NCBI GenBank assembly: GCA_964016885.1
Contig: OZ024742.1
Coordinates: 76,446,001-76,510,000 of the forward strand
From: Eledone cirrhosa
Taxonomy: Eukaryota
DNA: 64,000 bases
Direction of reading: 5' to 3'
Positions 13,440-25,949 of the stretch are shown here, in pieces; the first letter of the stretch is position 1, and the number at the start of each line of letters is the position of its first letter. Both the position numbers and the translations under genes were made by a program. The notes under the pieces were generated by a model that was not told where the DNA came from, did no database searches, and saw only the letters and a list, made by a program, of their open reading frames with translations.

Positions 13440-13945
13440 ACGCTGTAATCGTTGTTTTAAAAGTAAAACAGCGATAGATTCCTCCTTGAAATTTGCCCGA
13501 TCCTACATCGTGAAAGTAGGAAAGGATCTGGAAGCTGATGACGGGGATCCAACTTCAGCAGCCAATGTACTAATACAAACAGGACGCCTACAAATAAGTG
13601 TTAGAAACAGATATGAAACCCTGGATAGACAGGGTAAGCAACGGAAGATCGTTTGTATTCCAAAAAGACTCGGCGCCCACTCATAAATTCAGAACAACAG
13701 AAGCATGGATGCGTGACAATCTCCATGACCACATTTCCAGAAAAATGGCTGCCTAGTTCACCAAACCTCACCATACATGACATATTACGTATGAGTGTAG
13801 TTGAAAGAGAGGTTGGTCATCCTCCTCACAACCGTATAGAATCGCTCATATCCGCCATTGTCATCATAAAATTCAGTATTAATAGAAATCATCTGATTCG
13901 GGCATCCCAACAGGTCAGACCCCGTATTGATGCAATCAATATTAT
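13440..13945 (+). pseudogene. Tc1/mariner (maT/DD37D-like) transposase remnant
   Basis: FVFQKDSAPTHK..TEAWMRDNL and WLPSSPNL...VVERE...PHNRIESL...HLIRA..RPRIDAI across two frames. Confidence 0.82.
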
Positions 13946-14134
13946 AACCATTTATTATAACCATTCCATCACTCATGCTAACGTATGAGTGATGAAATGG
14001 TTATAATAAATGTATTGTAAATAATTGTTGTACCAATGTGTATCTAAATATATTATTTCGTGTCTTTTTCTAAATTCATGCAAATGCCCTAAAATGTCTA
14101 TCGAGTGGTGTAGAAATAAATAAATATATAAATG

Positions 14135-14255
<121 letters not shown>

Positions 14256-14258
14256 GAT

Positions 14259-14310
14259 GGGTTCTACAGGACTAGAATTGTTTCATTCGGGAGAAATCAT
14301 CAGGAAGCCC
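14259..14310 (-). ncRNA. Type I hammerhead ribozyme (same family as the 55.7 kb palindrome)
   Basis: Reverse complement: GGGCTTC-CTGATGA-tttc-tccc-gaat-GAA-ACAA-ttctagtc-CTGT-A-GAACCC. Confidence 0.72.
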
Positions 14311-14587
14311 TGATCAAATCATGGGAATAGTATTCCGATCATTTGATCAGAGACACACACTGTATTTAAGCTCGAGTGACGCAATTTTGATCACCTCATC
14401 AATGAAACAATTCTTAATACTGTAAATAAAACCCTTTTTGTACAGCCGACCATGTTATTCTTCACTCTTTCCCTATTATTACTCCAAGAATAACCTACAT
14501 GGGAATTCTCGTAATCTCGCTACCTAACTAAGGTACCCTCTATTCAAACAACACCATAGGATAAAACTAGTACACACAACCTCTAAC

Positions 14588-14694
<107 letters not shown>

Positions 14695-14754
14695 GACGTA
14701 AAATAAGAAACATTTTAAAAAGAATTAAAAATTAACTTACTTACTAAAATTTTC

Positions 14755-14836
14755 ACTCCAACTAATTAGTTTCTGTAATGGAATAAAGATAGTTACGTAA
14801 TATAACCATCGATAAATCATTACGTCATCAGGGAGT
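14755..14836 (-). ncRNA. Type I hammerhead ribozyme
   Basis: Reverse complement: ACTCC-CTGATGA-cgtaatg...cattaca-GAA-ACTAATTAGT-T-GGAGT. Palindromic stem III. Confidence 0.85.
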
Positions 14837-15495
14837 CTATTCTCAGCTAAGTCTCCAGGCAATGCGCGGACACTAGGGACTCATATAAAAATAATAATAA
14901 TTCGGTGGATGGAACAGCTAGCGGGGACTGGATTCAATGCACTGAAAAAGTTCGCTGTCACTAGTCAAATGGCAGATTCTAAAGAATCAATCACGTGACA
15001 CTGAGGCAAGTCGGAAGGAGTGGGTTGGTAAGATGACAGAAGCCACACCAATGAATTAGTAGCGGATTTGGCAGGTTTTTCTTATTTTACGTCTTTCATA
15101 TTATTGTTCTGCATCCTCCTGCATTGAACCACCTAGGTACTATGACATAACTTATGTATTTGCTAGCATTAGTGTACATCTGTACGCATATGTTGGTAGA
15201 TATACTAATTCTCTGTATTTATCTCCAAATTATTTATTTGTTGAGCAAACCTGCCAAATCCGCTACTAATTCATTGATGTGGTAGTAGGCTTCTGTCATC
15301 TTACCAACCCACTCCTTCCGACTAGCCTCAGTGTCACGTGATTGATTCTTTAGAATCTGCCATTTGACCAGTGACAGCGAACTTTTTCAGTGCATGGAAT
15401 CCAGTGCCCGCTAGCTGTTCCATCCACCGAATTATTATTATTTGTATATGAGTCCCTAGTGTCCGCGCATTGCCTGGAGACTTAGCTGAGAATAG

Positions 15496-15577
15496 ACTCC
15501 ATGATGACGTAATGGATTATCGATGGTTATATTACGTAACTATCTTTATCCCATTACAGAAACTAATTAGTTGGAGT
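15496..15577 (+). ncRNA. Hammerhead copy with mutated core (ATGATGA)
   Basis: Inverted copy of 14755-14836 carrying C3->A. Confidence 0.7.
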
Positions 15578-15751
15578 GAAAATTTTAGTAAGTTAATTTT
15601 TAATTCTTTTAAAAATTTGTCTTATTTTACGTCTTTCATATTATTGTTCTGCATCCTCCTGCATTGAACCACCTAGGTACTATGACATAACTTATTTATT
15701 TGTTAGCATTAGTGTACATCTGTACGCATATGTTGGTAGATGTACTAATTC

Positions 15752-15790
<39 letters not shown>

Positions 15791-15971
15791 ATACTTGGAG
15801 AGCGTCATATCGTTGTAATAATATTGCCAGAATTAATAACAGAATGCACTCACTGTTTGGTTGGTTTTCGCTTCTGTATCTTTTATATCAGTTAATTTAT
15901 TCGGTCCTCAATGTTTACCATTGACTGACCAACGGTCAAAAATACAGACACAAACACATATATATATAGTC

Positions 15972-16015
15972 TAACAAAGTTCTTTCGTCGCACATCTGCA
16001 CCATCGTCAGTGGTG
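15972..16015 (-). ncRNA. Minimal hammerhead in inverted pLTR
   Basis: Reverse complement: CACCA-CTGACGA-tggtgca-gatg-tgcgac-GAAA-GAACTT-TG. Confidence 0.65.
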
Positions 16016-16849
16016 CTATTATGTTTCCTCCTGTTGTATTGTATGTCTACGCCATCTTTATTTAATCTGTATATTTATTTATTTATTTATTTTTGTCTTC
16101 TTCTCTGCGCAAGCGTTTGTGTGTGTGTATAGTGTTTGAGGTGTGTTCGTATTTGGGTGACTGTTTTGGTTATAGTATTCTATCTTAGTGTGTGTGTATA
16201 TGTATTTGTTGTTATTGTGCTTGTGTATATATTTATTTATTTATTTATTTATATTTCTCTTAGGTCAGTATTGTTTGTTTGGATGTTGTTATCCCATTCA
16301 TAAGTTCTATTTCGCTGGCCTCTATGATTTGCCTCTCTGCTGGGTCATGTCTATGTTTAGATATTATTTAATTTCTATGTTGTCTATGTTACCGCCGTGT
16401 TGTTGTCTGGTGTGTACGTTTAGTACAGAACCGTTTTTTCGTCCTTTTAGTTCCTCCTTTGTGTTGGTCTATCCTTTCACCTATGCTACGAGCTGTCTTG
16501 CCTATTTATGTTGTTGTCATGTTTCTGCAAGTGCCGTATGTATGCTATAGACTACTTTCCTAGTTTTACAGTTAATTCCGGGGGTTTACTTTACATATAA
16601 TACATTTCCTATTACTACAGTGGGTTTTCTTTAAAGGGTATGTCGGGTCGTCGACAACATGACCACCAACAAGACCTGAATGCGGGGCCAATATGGCTAG
16701 CAACTACTGGATCTTCTACTTCCTCTCAATGGTTATACGCCCCATAATCAAAATGTCCCCAGATGTATGTAACAGTGCAGAGGACCTCCTCAGCAGACTC
16801 ATTGAGTGCAACAAAAAAAATACCTATCCTGCATAATAGGCAGTATGGA

Positions 16850-18503
16850 CGTGGTATCACTATACCCATCCATTAAAATTGATTTTTCTGTGGAAAAATG
16901 TGTGGAGATGATCAGTGAGTCAGGTGGAGTTCTGTGACGTCGACACAGACGAACTGGGCCCCCTACTTAGACTTGCCTATGACACTGACTAGCTAGACAG
17001 CCATGACCTTAGCCGTTTGTGCCCCAGTAGACCCATAAGAAGTAGACCTCCCCCACCCCCATCATAACCTCAATGGCAAAAAAGACTCTCATGGGAAGGT
17101 GGATTTGGTGGACCAAAGCCATACGGACCCCCCAAAACATTGATCCGGTAAGAAAAATGGTCGCACGTGCAATAAGGGCTAGTATTAAAACTACCCTAAA
17201 GGGCCACATATTCAAATTCAAAGAGAAGATCTACACCCAAAATGAGGGATCAGCCGTTGGTGTCAGCATAGCTGGTGACATTGCCAAGCTTTATGTGGTA
17301 TGGTTGGAAAGGAGACTCAAAGATATCCTTGATAAGAGGTCCATAGACCACATCATGTACTCTCGTTACGTAGACGACATCAATATATTAATAAGGACAT
17401 CCCACAAGAGAGTACTAACAACTATGATTTAGAATGTAGCACAATGGAAAGCATCCAGCAGATAGCTAATTCCATACACCAGAGTATAACTGTAACTATC
17501 GACTACCCTTCCAAACAACCTAACAATAGACTATCTCTATTAGACACGGAACTCTGGATTAACACTATAGACGAGAGAGCTCAAATTCTCCACTCACACT
17601 ACGCTAAATCCATAGCCTCCAAATACCTGATACTCGTAAACTCCACAATGTCTAGTAGTGCTAAGTTTAATATTCTGATCGCAGACTTGGTGCTGAAGAA
17701 CTTGTCCCGCACGTGCGACCCAAAAGAAATGGAAAGACACACCCAACACTTCATCAACAGCATGCAGTTCTCTGGCTACGACAAAAGAGACATAATCAGA
17801 GTATACGAAGGAGCCACGGAGAAGTATAAGACCCTCATAGAACTGGACATGAAAGGAATTTTCCATTATACAGGAGCAAATCATGGAATAGCTTAGATAG
17901 GACTAAACATAAGATAGGGAAAGCCACCTCATAGTACGACTACCAAAGATACCAGAGTGTCATGTTCGTGGACGTGACCCCTGGAAGGAAATTAGCTAAC
18001 CAGTGTAGAAACGCCCTGAGAAAGACCCACTTAAAGATTAAGGTTGTAGAAAAGCCAGGAACCACCATCAAATTCATGATCAGCAAAACATACCCTTTAA
18101 GAAAACCCACTGTACTAAGAGGAAATTTATTATATGTAAAGTAGACCCCTGGATAAACTGTAAAACTAGAAATATAGTCTATAGCATAAGATGTACAGAG
18201 GGTACGTGCAGAAACATGACAACAACATACATAGGCGAGACAGCTCGTAACATATGTGAAAGGATACACCAAAACTGGGGGGTACTAAAAGGACGAAAAA
18301 ACGGTTCAGTATTATACGAACACGCCAGACAACAACACGACGGTAACATAGACAACATAGAAATTAAAATAATATCTAAGCATAGACATGACCCAGCAGA
18401 TAGGCAAATCAGAGTGGCCAGCGAAATAGAACTTAGAAGGCCAAGGATTAATAGAAAAGTGGAATGGAATAACAACAACACCCAAACACCAATACTGGCC
18501 TAA
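16850..18503 (+). pseudogene. PLE reverse transcriptase + GIY-YIG endonuclease, disrupted
   Basis: IYTQNEGSAVGVSIAGDIAKL, YSRYVDDI, IANSI..DYPS..LLD..LW, MQFSGY, NIVYSIRC..C..YIGETARN..ERIHQ and LYEHARQQH. Confidence 0.92.
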
Positions 18504-18755
18504 GAGAAATATAAATAAATAAATAAATACATACACAAGCACAATAACAACAAACGCATATATGCACACACTAGTAAACAAAGATAGAATACAATAACCA
18601 AAACACAGTCACCCAAACACGAACACACATCAAACAATATGCACACACGCAAACGCATGCGCAGAGAAGACAAAAATAAATAAATAAATAAATAAATAAA
18701 CATATTAAATAAAGATGGCGTAGACATACAATACAACAGGGGGAAACATAATAGC

Positions 18756-18798
18756 ACCACTGACGATGTTGCAGATGTGCAACGAAAGAACTTTGTTA
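18756..18798 (+). ncRNA. Minimal hammerhead in pLTR
   Basis: ACCA-CTGACGA-tgttgca-gatg-tgcaac-GAAA-GAACTT-TGTT. Confidence 0.72.
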
Positions 18799-19114
18799 GA
18801 CTATATATATATGTGTTTGTGTCTCTATTATATCTGTATATTTTACCGTTGGTCAGTCAATGGTAAACATTGAGGACCGAATAAATTAACTTATATAAAA
18901 AATACAGAATCGAAAACCAACCAAACAGTGAGTGTGTTCTGTTATTAATTCTGTCAATATTATTACAACAATATGACCATCCCAAGTATAACAATATTTG
19001 TTTCGACACACGATTTCATATCATAAACCTCGCAAAACTAATTCATCGCCGTCATATATATATATATATATCGAATGTATAAACGAAACACACGAGTTGA
19101 TATATATAAAAACA

Positions 19115-21308
19115 AATAGTGGAAAGGAAAAAGATTTTTCAGTAGAAAATATTGAAGAGATTTCTGTCAGTGAGATATCAAAACATTAATTTATTTGCAA
19201 TACCGGTTTCAGCATCATAGGGGGTGGGGGTGGGGGTGATTGCTTCTAATAATATCTATCTTGGTATTTTTCTTAGAAGAAATCATCAACATTAACCTTG
19301 TTTTTCTGCCACAAATATGATTAAGTGTTATTGAGTTACTAATTGCATCCCTAGCAGAAATTTCAGGGGGTGATGGTTTCTAAAAACATCTATCTTGGTA
19401 TTTTTTCTTTGAAGAACACATTAGCATTGACTTGGTTTTATTGCCACCAAGAAGATTCTTGAAATACTAATTCCATCCCTAGCAGAAATTTCAGATTTAG
19501 GGGAATGGAGAAATTGTTGCCACAAAAAGAGGTTCAGAGCCATTGGAATGCCCATTCTATCTTCAGCAGAAACTTCCAGATTCAGGGGAATGTAAAGCAT
19601 TTAATTTGACACCTGAATGCTTCCATTTATCCGATTATCTTCGTGGAAGTCCTCCAGGGCTAGCAGATTTCGGTATTTCTTTGTGGTTGCTTGGTCTACA
19701 TTATATAGTTGTCAGAGGTTGCCGGAATCTTGGAGAAGGATACGTTGCTAATGGGTCAATTTTAAAGTCTGACAGCTTTAGTTTAGTCCGAAACGGAAGC
19801 ATTTAGAAGGGGGTCGTATTTGGCGATAAATTGTGATTCCTAGCTAATGCGCTGTATGTAGGAAGAGCTGTCTTTAAAATTGTAGATGGGAAAAATGATG
19901 TTGTTCATTAGATGCGCAGGTCACGATGTTTTCAGTCAGGGCTATCTTTCTGTATTCCCGTATTTTGATATGAGATCTATGGACGGTCATACGTTGGCAG
20001 AGTATGTTTTTGGTCTGTACTATGTAGTGCTCTCAACAACCTGAGCAGGTATATACATAGATCAGGTTTCCTGATGCACATGTGAAATTCTGTTTAACTG
20101 TAAAGTATTGTCCTTGTTTGATGTGGAACTCCGATCCCTCTATTAGATTGGTACAGATCCCTCTATTAGATTGGTACAGTTGGGTCTTCCGCATTTTTTT
20201 TACTGTAGGGTTCAGTGTGTGGGTCGGCCTGTGTAAGGATGTTTTTTTATTGATTTGGGTTATATTTTGCTCTTTATGATATTGTGCGTTTGGAGGATTT
20301 GATTCATTCTTAGGTCTCTTTTTAGTAAGGGTATGTTCTGGAAGATGGTGTCGAATGCCTCACTGTTAAGGGGCTGTGTGTGGAGATGTATAGTAGAGTT
20401 TCAGTTTTGATTCGTTCCTTGGTTTGGAGTGTCTAAGTTCCTGGATGTTCAGTTTTAGGGTACGTTGGAATCCATTGTTGATTAGGGATGGTGGGTAATT
20501 CCTGCTAATAAGTGTGTTCTTTAATTCTTCTAGTCGTATGTAGCATGTGTATTTATAAGATACTATTATGCAGATCCTTTTGGCTAGGTTGTATGGAATG
20601 CTCATTTTGGTGTGTCTAGGTTGGCATAAGTTGAATGGAAGATACTGTTTGGAGTCTGTGGGTTTATAGTATCTGTCTCTTTCTATTTTTCTGTTGGTTT
20701 TATTGATAAGGATGTCGAGGAAAGGAATTTGTTCATGGCTGTATTCGATTGTAAATTGAATGTTTGTGTTTAGTCCATTTAGAAGTGTTTTAAATTCAAT
20801 AAGTCTTTTGTATACTTTCATGCCAGAGGATGAAGCAATCATCCAGAAATCTCTGTCAGTTTTTCTATGTGGAAGTAGAAGGGGTTTCCGTATTTATCTA
20901 GCAATTTTCGATAGAGGATGATTTCCAAGTATCCCATAACAAGGTTGGCGTTGGATTCCATTGGGAGGGAAGATTTGTCTCTTGTAGGTAAAGGTGAACA
21001 AAAGGCCTTCAGGTGGTGCAACTTTATGCACCAGAGTCCACAGTATAAGCAGAGTAGGATGGACAGAGAAATGACCTCTCTTCTCTGAATGCACATGTAT
21101 GTTCTTCCTCTTTTTATTTTCATTTTCTTAATTACTATTATTATCACTATTTGTATAAATATGCAACTTAACAATATTCTGCATATCCGCAATTGACAAT
21201 GCATTTAATGCTGAAACCGGTATTGTAAATAAATTAATGTTTTGATATCTCACTGAAAAAAATCTCTTCAACATTTTTGTACTGAAATAATCTTCTTCCT
21301 TTCCAGTA

Positions 21309-21310
<2 letters not shown>
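19115..21310 (-). mobile_element. Penelope-like element (Neptune-type), 5'-truncated, with inverted pLTR ends
   Basis: IQFTIEYS..IPFLDILI..YYKPTDSKQYL..HTKMSIPY (20366-20842) and GIY-YIG FTCASGNLIY..C..HYIVQT..RMTVHR (~19900-20100). Inverted ~105-bp ends at 19117-19220 and 21208-21310. Confidence 0.88.
21189..21226 (+). ncRNA. Minimal hammerhead, U3-A8 variant
   Basis: GCAA-TTGACAA-tgcat-tta-atgct-GAA-ACCGGT-A-TTGT. Confidence 0.68.
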
Positions 21311-21357
<47 letters not shown>

Positions 21358-21361
<4 letters not shown>

Positions 21362-21430
21362 GTATCTTACAAAACTACAGACATAGATCCTTATAAATAG
21401 ATGCAGATGCCTAGTGATCGACATTAAAGC

Positions 21431-21485
<55 letters not shown>

Positions 21486-21798
21486 CCTAACCCTCCATCT
21501 CAACTCACCTTTTGAAAAGCAGAAGAACTGCGAAACCGGTAAAGGAACCAAATAAATATATATATATTTTTAAAAAAAATAAGACTCCAGTTACATTTTC
21601 GATTTCATCTCTTTTTCTTTATACTTTCACTCGTGTAGGACACCTCGGCTATTTTTCATTTTGTAAACGAATTCTCGACAGTTGGATTACGTAACTGTCT
21701 TTATCCCATTGCAGAAACTAATTAGTTGGAGTGAAAATTTAAGTAAGTAAGTTAAAAAAAATTTTTTAAACTTTTTTTTTAAATTTCCTTATTTTACG

Positions 21799-21881
<83 letters not shown>

Positions 21882-22150
21882 TAAACTTTCGTGGCATATC
21901 ATATAATTCGGTGAATATCATAATTGCACTAGCTAACAATGAATCATACCAATTGTACTAGCAAACAATACATAATTGAAGCAAGATGACTTTCGCAGGT
22001 TATTTTCAAAATGTAGTCTTTTCAACCGTGTTATATATTTAATATGTACATTATGATACATATATGCATGTATATTCGCTTTATTGTCGATCACTAGGCA
22101 TCTGCATCTATTTATAAGGATCTATGTCTCTAGTTTTGTAAGATACGTAT
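21358..22150. repeat. Inverted repeat pair (~80 bp) enclosing nested (TA)n-flanked pLTR fragments
   Basis: ATACGTATCTTACAAAACTAC...AAAGCGAATATA at 21358-21438 and its reverse complement at 22071-22150. Confidence 0.85.
21508..21545 (+). ncRNA. Minimal hammerhead, U3-A8 variant
   Basis: CCTT-TTGAAAA-GCAG-aagaa-CTGC-GAA-ACCGGT-A-AAGG. All stems pair perfectly. Confidence 0.75.
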
Positions 22151-23399
22151 GTTAGGAAAGATGTTATTTTGTGGGTTGATTATATACCTAATATACAGAC
22201 TACAATATCTTATCCAAAATGCATCATTTCACCAAATAATCTGTCATGTATATGTCTATTTCTTTTCTTTATTCTATGTAGCTCCTCGTAATAGTATTTC
22301 CGTGTGAAGTATAAATGTTCTCCCTGTTAATAGAAATTCAATGAACCGAGCTTTACGTTAGAAAGCACATAATACAGTGCTGGAAATGGACAGTGCGAAT
22401 TTGTTGCATGCCTAATTTTTCCACAGCATATCTGATCCATATTGCACTGTGTTTACTAGTGCGTTTCAGTTCTTTGCATTACTAATTTCAAACGATTGCG
22501 TTTAGTTATTTGCAATTTCGCCCTGTGATCATAAATAATAATGATTGGCTTCAAACATAATTAGCATCTATCGCATTTGTAATATTTTTTTTCTTTGTTG
22601 CAGTTTTTTATTGTTATATAGTCATTACTCAACTGATAGAACTATGAACTTTTTATAGTCAACAGCGATATTTGTTCGTCCTGATGAATGGCCAAATCAT
22701 GTGATGCCAATCAGGTTTTTTTAAGGAATCTGATTTATTTGCTGCCAAATCAGACCAACATCGAATAATCGGTTCAGTAGTTATATCCGTAACAACAGAT
22801 TTAAATGTTTTGATGTTTCAGACAAATGACATTTTGTCCCAGGGATTAAATCACTGATAAATTTAATTAGGCTTTATATTCTCCTCAACACTAAAGCTAT
22901 ACACCCTCTCTGAATAATGAATATAACTGGGTTTATTGTAACTCGAAACTTTCTTATTTCGGAAAACATAGGACTGCTCCGAGCTGTTGAATGTTGAATG
23001 TGATTTTCCTGGCATGGAGAATCAGCACCGAAAGTATTTAAATGGAAGTTCAAGTTGCTTATTGTCTGAGGAGATACTTTGTAGAAAGACTCATGAGAGT
23101 AAAAGTAGACTAGAGCTAGTTAGCAAAAACGTAGAGGTGTTTACGAAAATCGCTATAACCAACGCAATAAGAGACGAAAATGGCACTCGACAATTGTTTC
23201 GATACATAATAGAAATGTTGTGTTGCTAAAGCATTTGATACTCCAGAGGTGCGATGTAGTTTTGTTATGTTTCCACTATGAATAGAATCTATTTCATACC
23301 AGGCAGAAGTGTTTGCTTATAGCTATTAAACCACTGGCGGTAATAAACGCTAATGGTTAACATGAATGCTTTCTTTGCGTCAAACTGGAGAGTAGTGAC

Positions 23400-24073
23400 A
23401 CACCTCTCTAAATGAGTAGAAAACGGCGGGAAAACTGGTTTAGTATCAGCATGGAGGTGCTCCCCCAAGTTAAACCAGATAGGTTGAACAAGATCAGAGT
23501 CCCCGCAATCCATTATCATGGGGTGTGGAACTATATGACCTAGTTGAGGACAAAATAACTCGTTGCCGTCTGTATGATCAGACAATTCTCTTTAATACTC
23601 TCTGCCCTCAACAAATGGCAAAGAACAGTAGCTCCCCATTACTACCAACACCCGGGCCCGAAAAGCAGCAACACAAACCAAACCAGCTTCGTACCACAGT
23701 GATAGCACCACCACCACCAGCAGCAACAACATCATCAGCATCACTAACAACAACAGCATCACCAACGAAAGTACCAATAGCAGACCCAAGGCGTCTACCA
23801 AGCTGGATCTCTCTTTTCACTCTTTATATCTCAACTTGAAAAACATACACATAGTCACCCACACAAACCCACATCTATTTACACCCGAGTCGGCTTTTTC
23901 AGACACGGGTACATGCCCAGTTCAGAATTAAGAATATTGGAAACTCTCCAAACCAAATATACACATTAAGAAAGAAAAGAGTGACACACACAAGAATACA
24001 TACCAATATCAAATACACCAACACCACCAACAGCACCAACACCACAACGGCCATCATAATTACCACTTTCACC

Positions 24074-24105
<32 letters not shown>

Positions 24106-24250
24106 CAATAACAACAACAAAACTACAAGGAACACAACTATCAAAGAAAAGAGAACACACAACAAGTGCATTAAAATCCAACAACCAACCACAAACACAA
24201 GAAATATATTAATGATATAGCGGAAGACAATAGATCTACTGGTATTCCTC
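23400..24250 (+). pseudogene. Tx1-type ORF1 remnant
   Basis: LVEDKITRCRLYDQTILFNTLCPQ..PLLPTP aligns by eye with IVKGRRARCVVCGEGTHLRAFCPQ..PLLPTP of the 32 kb ORF1, followed by a similar Thr/Pro-rich tract. Confidence 0.6.
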
Positions 24251-25949
24251 ATATTATAAACTAACCACATAGCAGGGGAGAAGGAGGGGATATTCAATAT
24301 TCCACGTGCACTAAAAATGGCGTGAATGTTCCCTGAAACACACAAAATCCCAAGTGAGACCTACATTTATGATATTGAATCCCCTAACATAAAAGCAACT
24401 AGTAGTATTTCAAAAGGGTTTTTAATGAAGCCTCAAGCAGATTTAGAGGTCGAACCACCCAATCGTCATCAGCAACAGAAGAGTAGGTAGATCTCCGTAA
24501 CCTAGGCCACGTGCATAAATGCAAGTTTTCTTCGATGTTGTGTCATTGTAACTGTAGCAGAGGAAACCGTTTGAAATGTTTATAACTTCATAAAAATTCA
24601 TTATATTCTGGCGCACATGGAATTTAGCTAAATATGTTCCCGCTTCTCGCAATACCTGAAAACATTATATATATATAACTTTTTCAGGTATTTAATTCAA
24701 TACATTCTCTCAGAGTTAAAGCGCACCCATTTAATAATTTCACTATCGTTTTCCTGGTTTTCATATTTTTGTTCCAATGCTTTTGGTATGTATATTTTCA
24801 AATATTTTCTAACGTTAATTTAATTCTTTTTCTTGCCTCTCGTAAGTTCTCTCTTTCCTGAGACTCAATTACATGTCATATATGTAAGGAAAATAAAAAA
24901 CGAACATGTTTTAGTAACATATTGTAAATAAAATATATGAGTCCCCAAAGTTTCTTTTTTTCCACACGAATTATTGCACGCAATCTTACATTAAATTGTG
25001 GAGAAGTAGATGTTTTATTTGGACAATTTTTAATATCCTGTTTCAATTTTCCTATTTGCCAAATACTGTCATTTACATTTATTGCAGAGTAGAATATAAT
25101 GAAGTTTAAATCGACAATCTTATTCACTTACTGTATGCCAAATTATTTTTATTTAATCTACATCTACTGAAAGACGTACGTGAAGCGACACGTCAACTGT
25201 AACAATATCTTTCACCATAACGTTACTATCCCAAATATTTGTTGAAGTGAGTGGATAGAAAAGATTAGAACGTGACTGTAAGTTTGAAATATTGTAGAGA
25301 CATTATTATATCTGAATATCTGAAATCAATAGCTGGAAACATTATTTTCTAGTTCATCTGGCTGACGAACTGTAAAACCTCTCAGATAAGGATATGGGTT
25401 CATAGGGTGAGGTTGTCTTGCGTTAAGTAGACAACATATCCTATTGGAGCGTTTGTTGTTCTCTCTCCCCCTCCCTCTCTCGTTCATTTTAAATGTTCTA
25501 GAAAGTTCTACTGTCATATAGAAATACATTTCATATTATTAACCTCACCTTTCAAGAAATATATATTGAACTAAAGTATTTGGCATGTTTATATAAATAT
25601 GGTTAGGCCATCACTTGAATGTTTATTCCACAGATGTGTCCTATGCTGTTTATCCATGTGTCAAGCTTCTTGTAGGTAACAACAGCCATCTAAGTAACAC
25701 ATAGCAAAACCACGTGTTATATTTCTCTGAGAGTTAGTCCTATTATATTTCTGTCATGTATGTACAATTAATTCAATCGTTTTAATGTAGTTAGGTCAAA
25801 TCTGGAACCCTAGAAATGTAATTTAGTCGGACCGTGTTCAAATCCTTATCCATATTTCAGTGAATTTACAACATTTATATTTGCTCCCATCGATGTATAA
25901 TTGTCTCCAATTAACCTAACTATACAAAACCGCTAATTGATTAGTTTTA

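Larger units (their letters stand above)
15784..18997 (+). mobile_element. Penelope-like element (Naiad-type motifs) with inverted upstream 3' copy
   Basis: 15784-16643 is a diverged reverse complement of 18088-18997, with RT and GIY-YIG on the + strand. Clade assigned by motif resemblance only. Confidence 0.9.

Noticed and set aside
22681-22720. CTGATGA possible hammerhead
   Set aside because: No GAAA box or stem III at a suitable distance.
24443-24662. Possible minus-strand host exon after TTTTCAG (VLREAGTYLAKFH...CYSYNDTTSKKTC)
   Set aside because: It runs into a stop, has no convincing donor or partner exon, and has no recognisable family. It would need RNA-seq.
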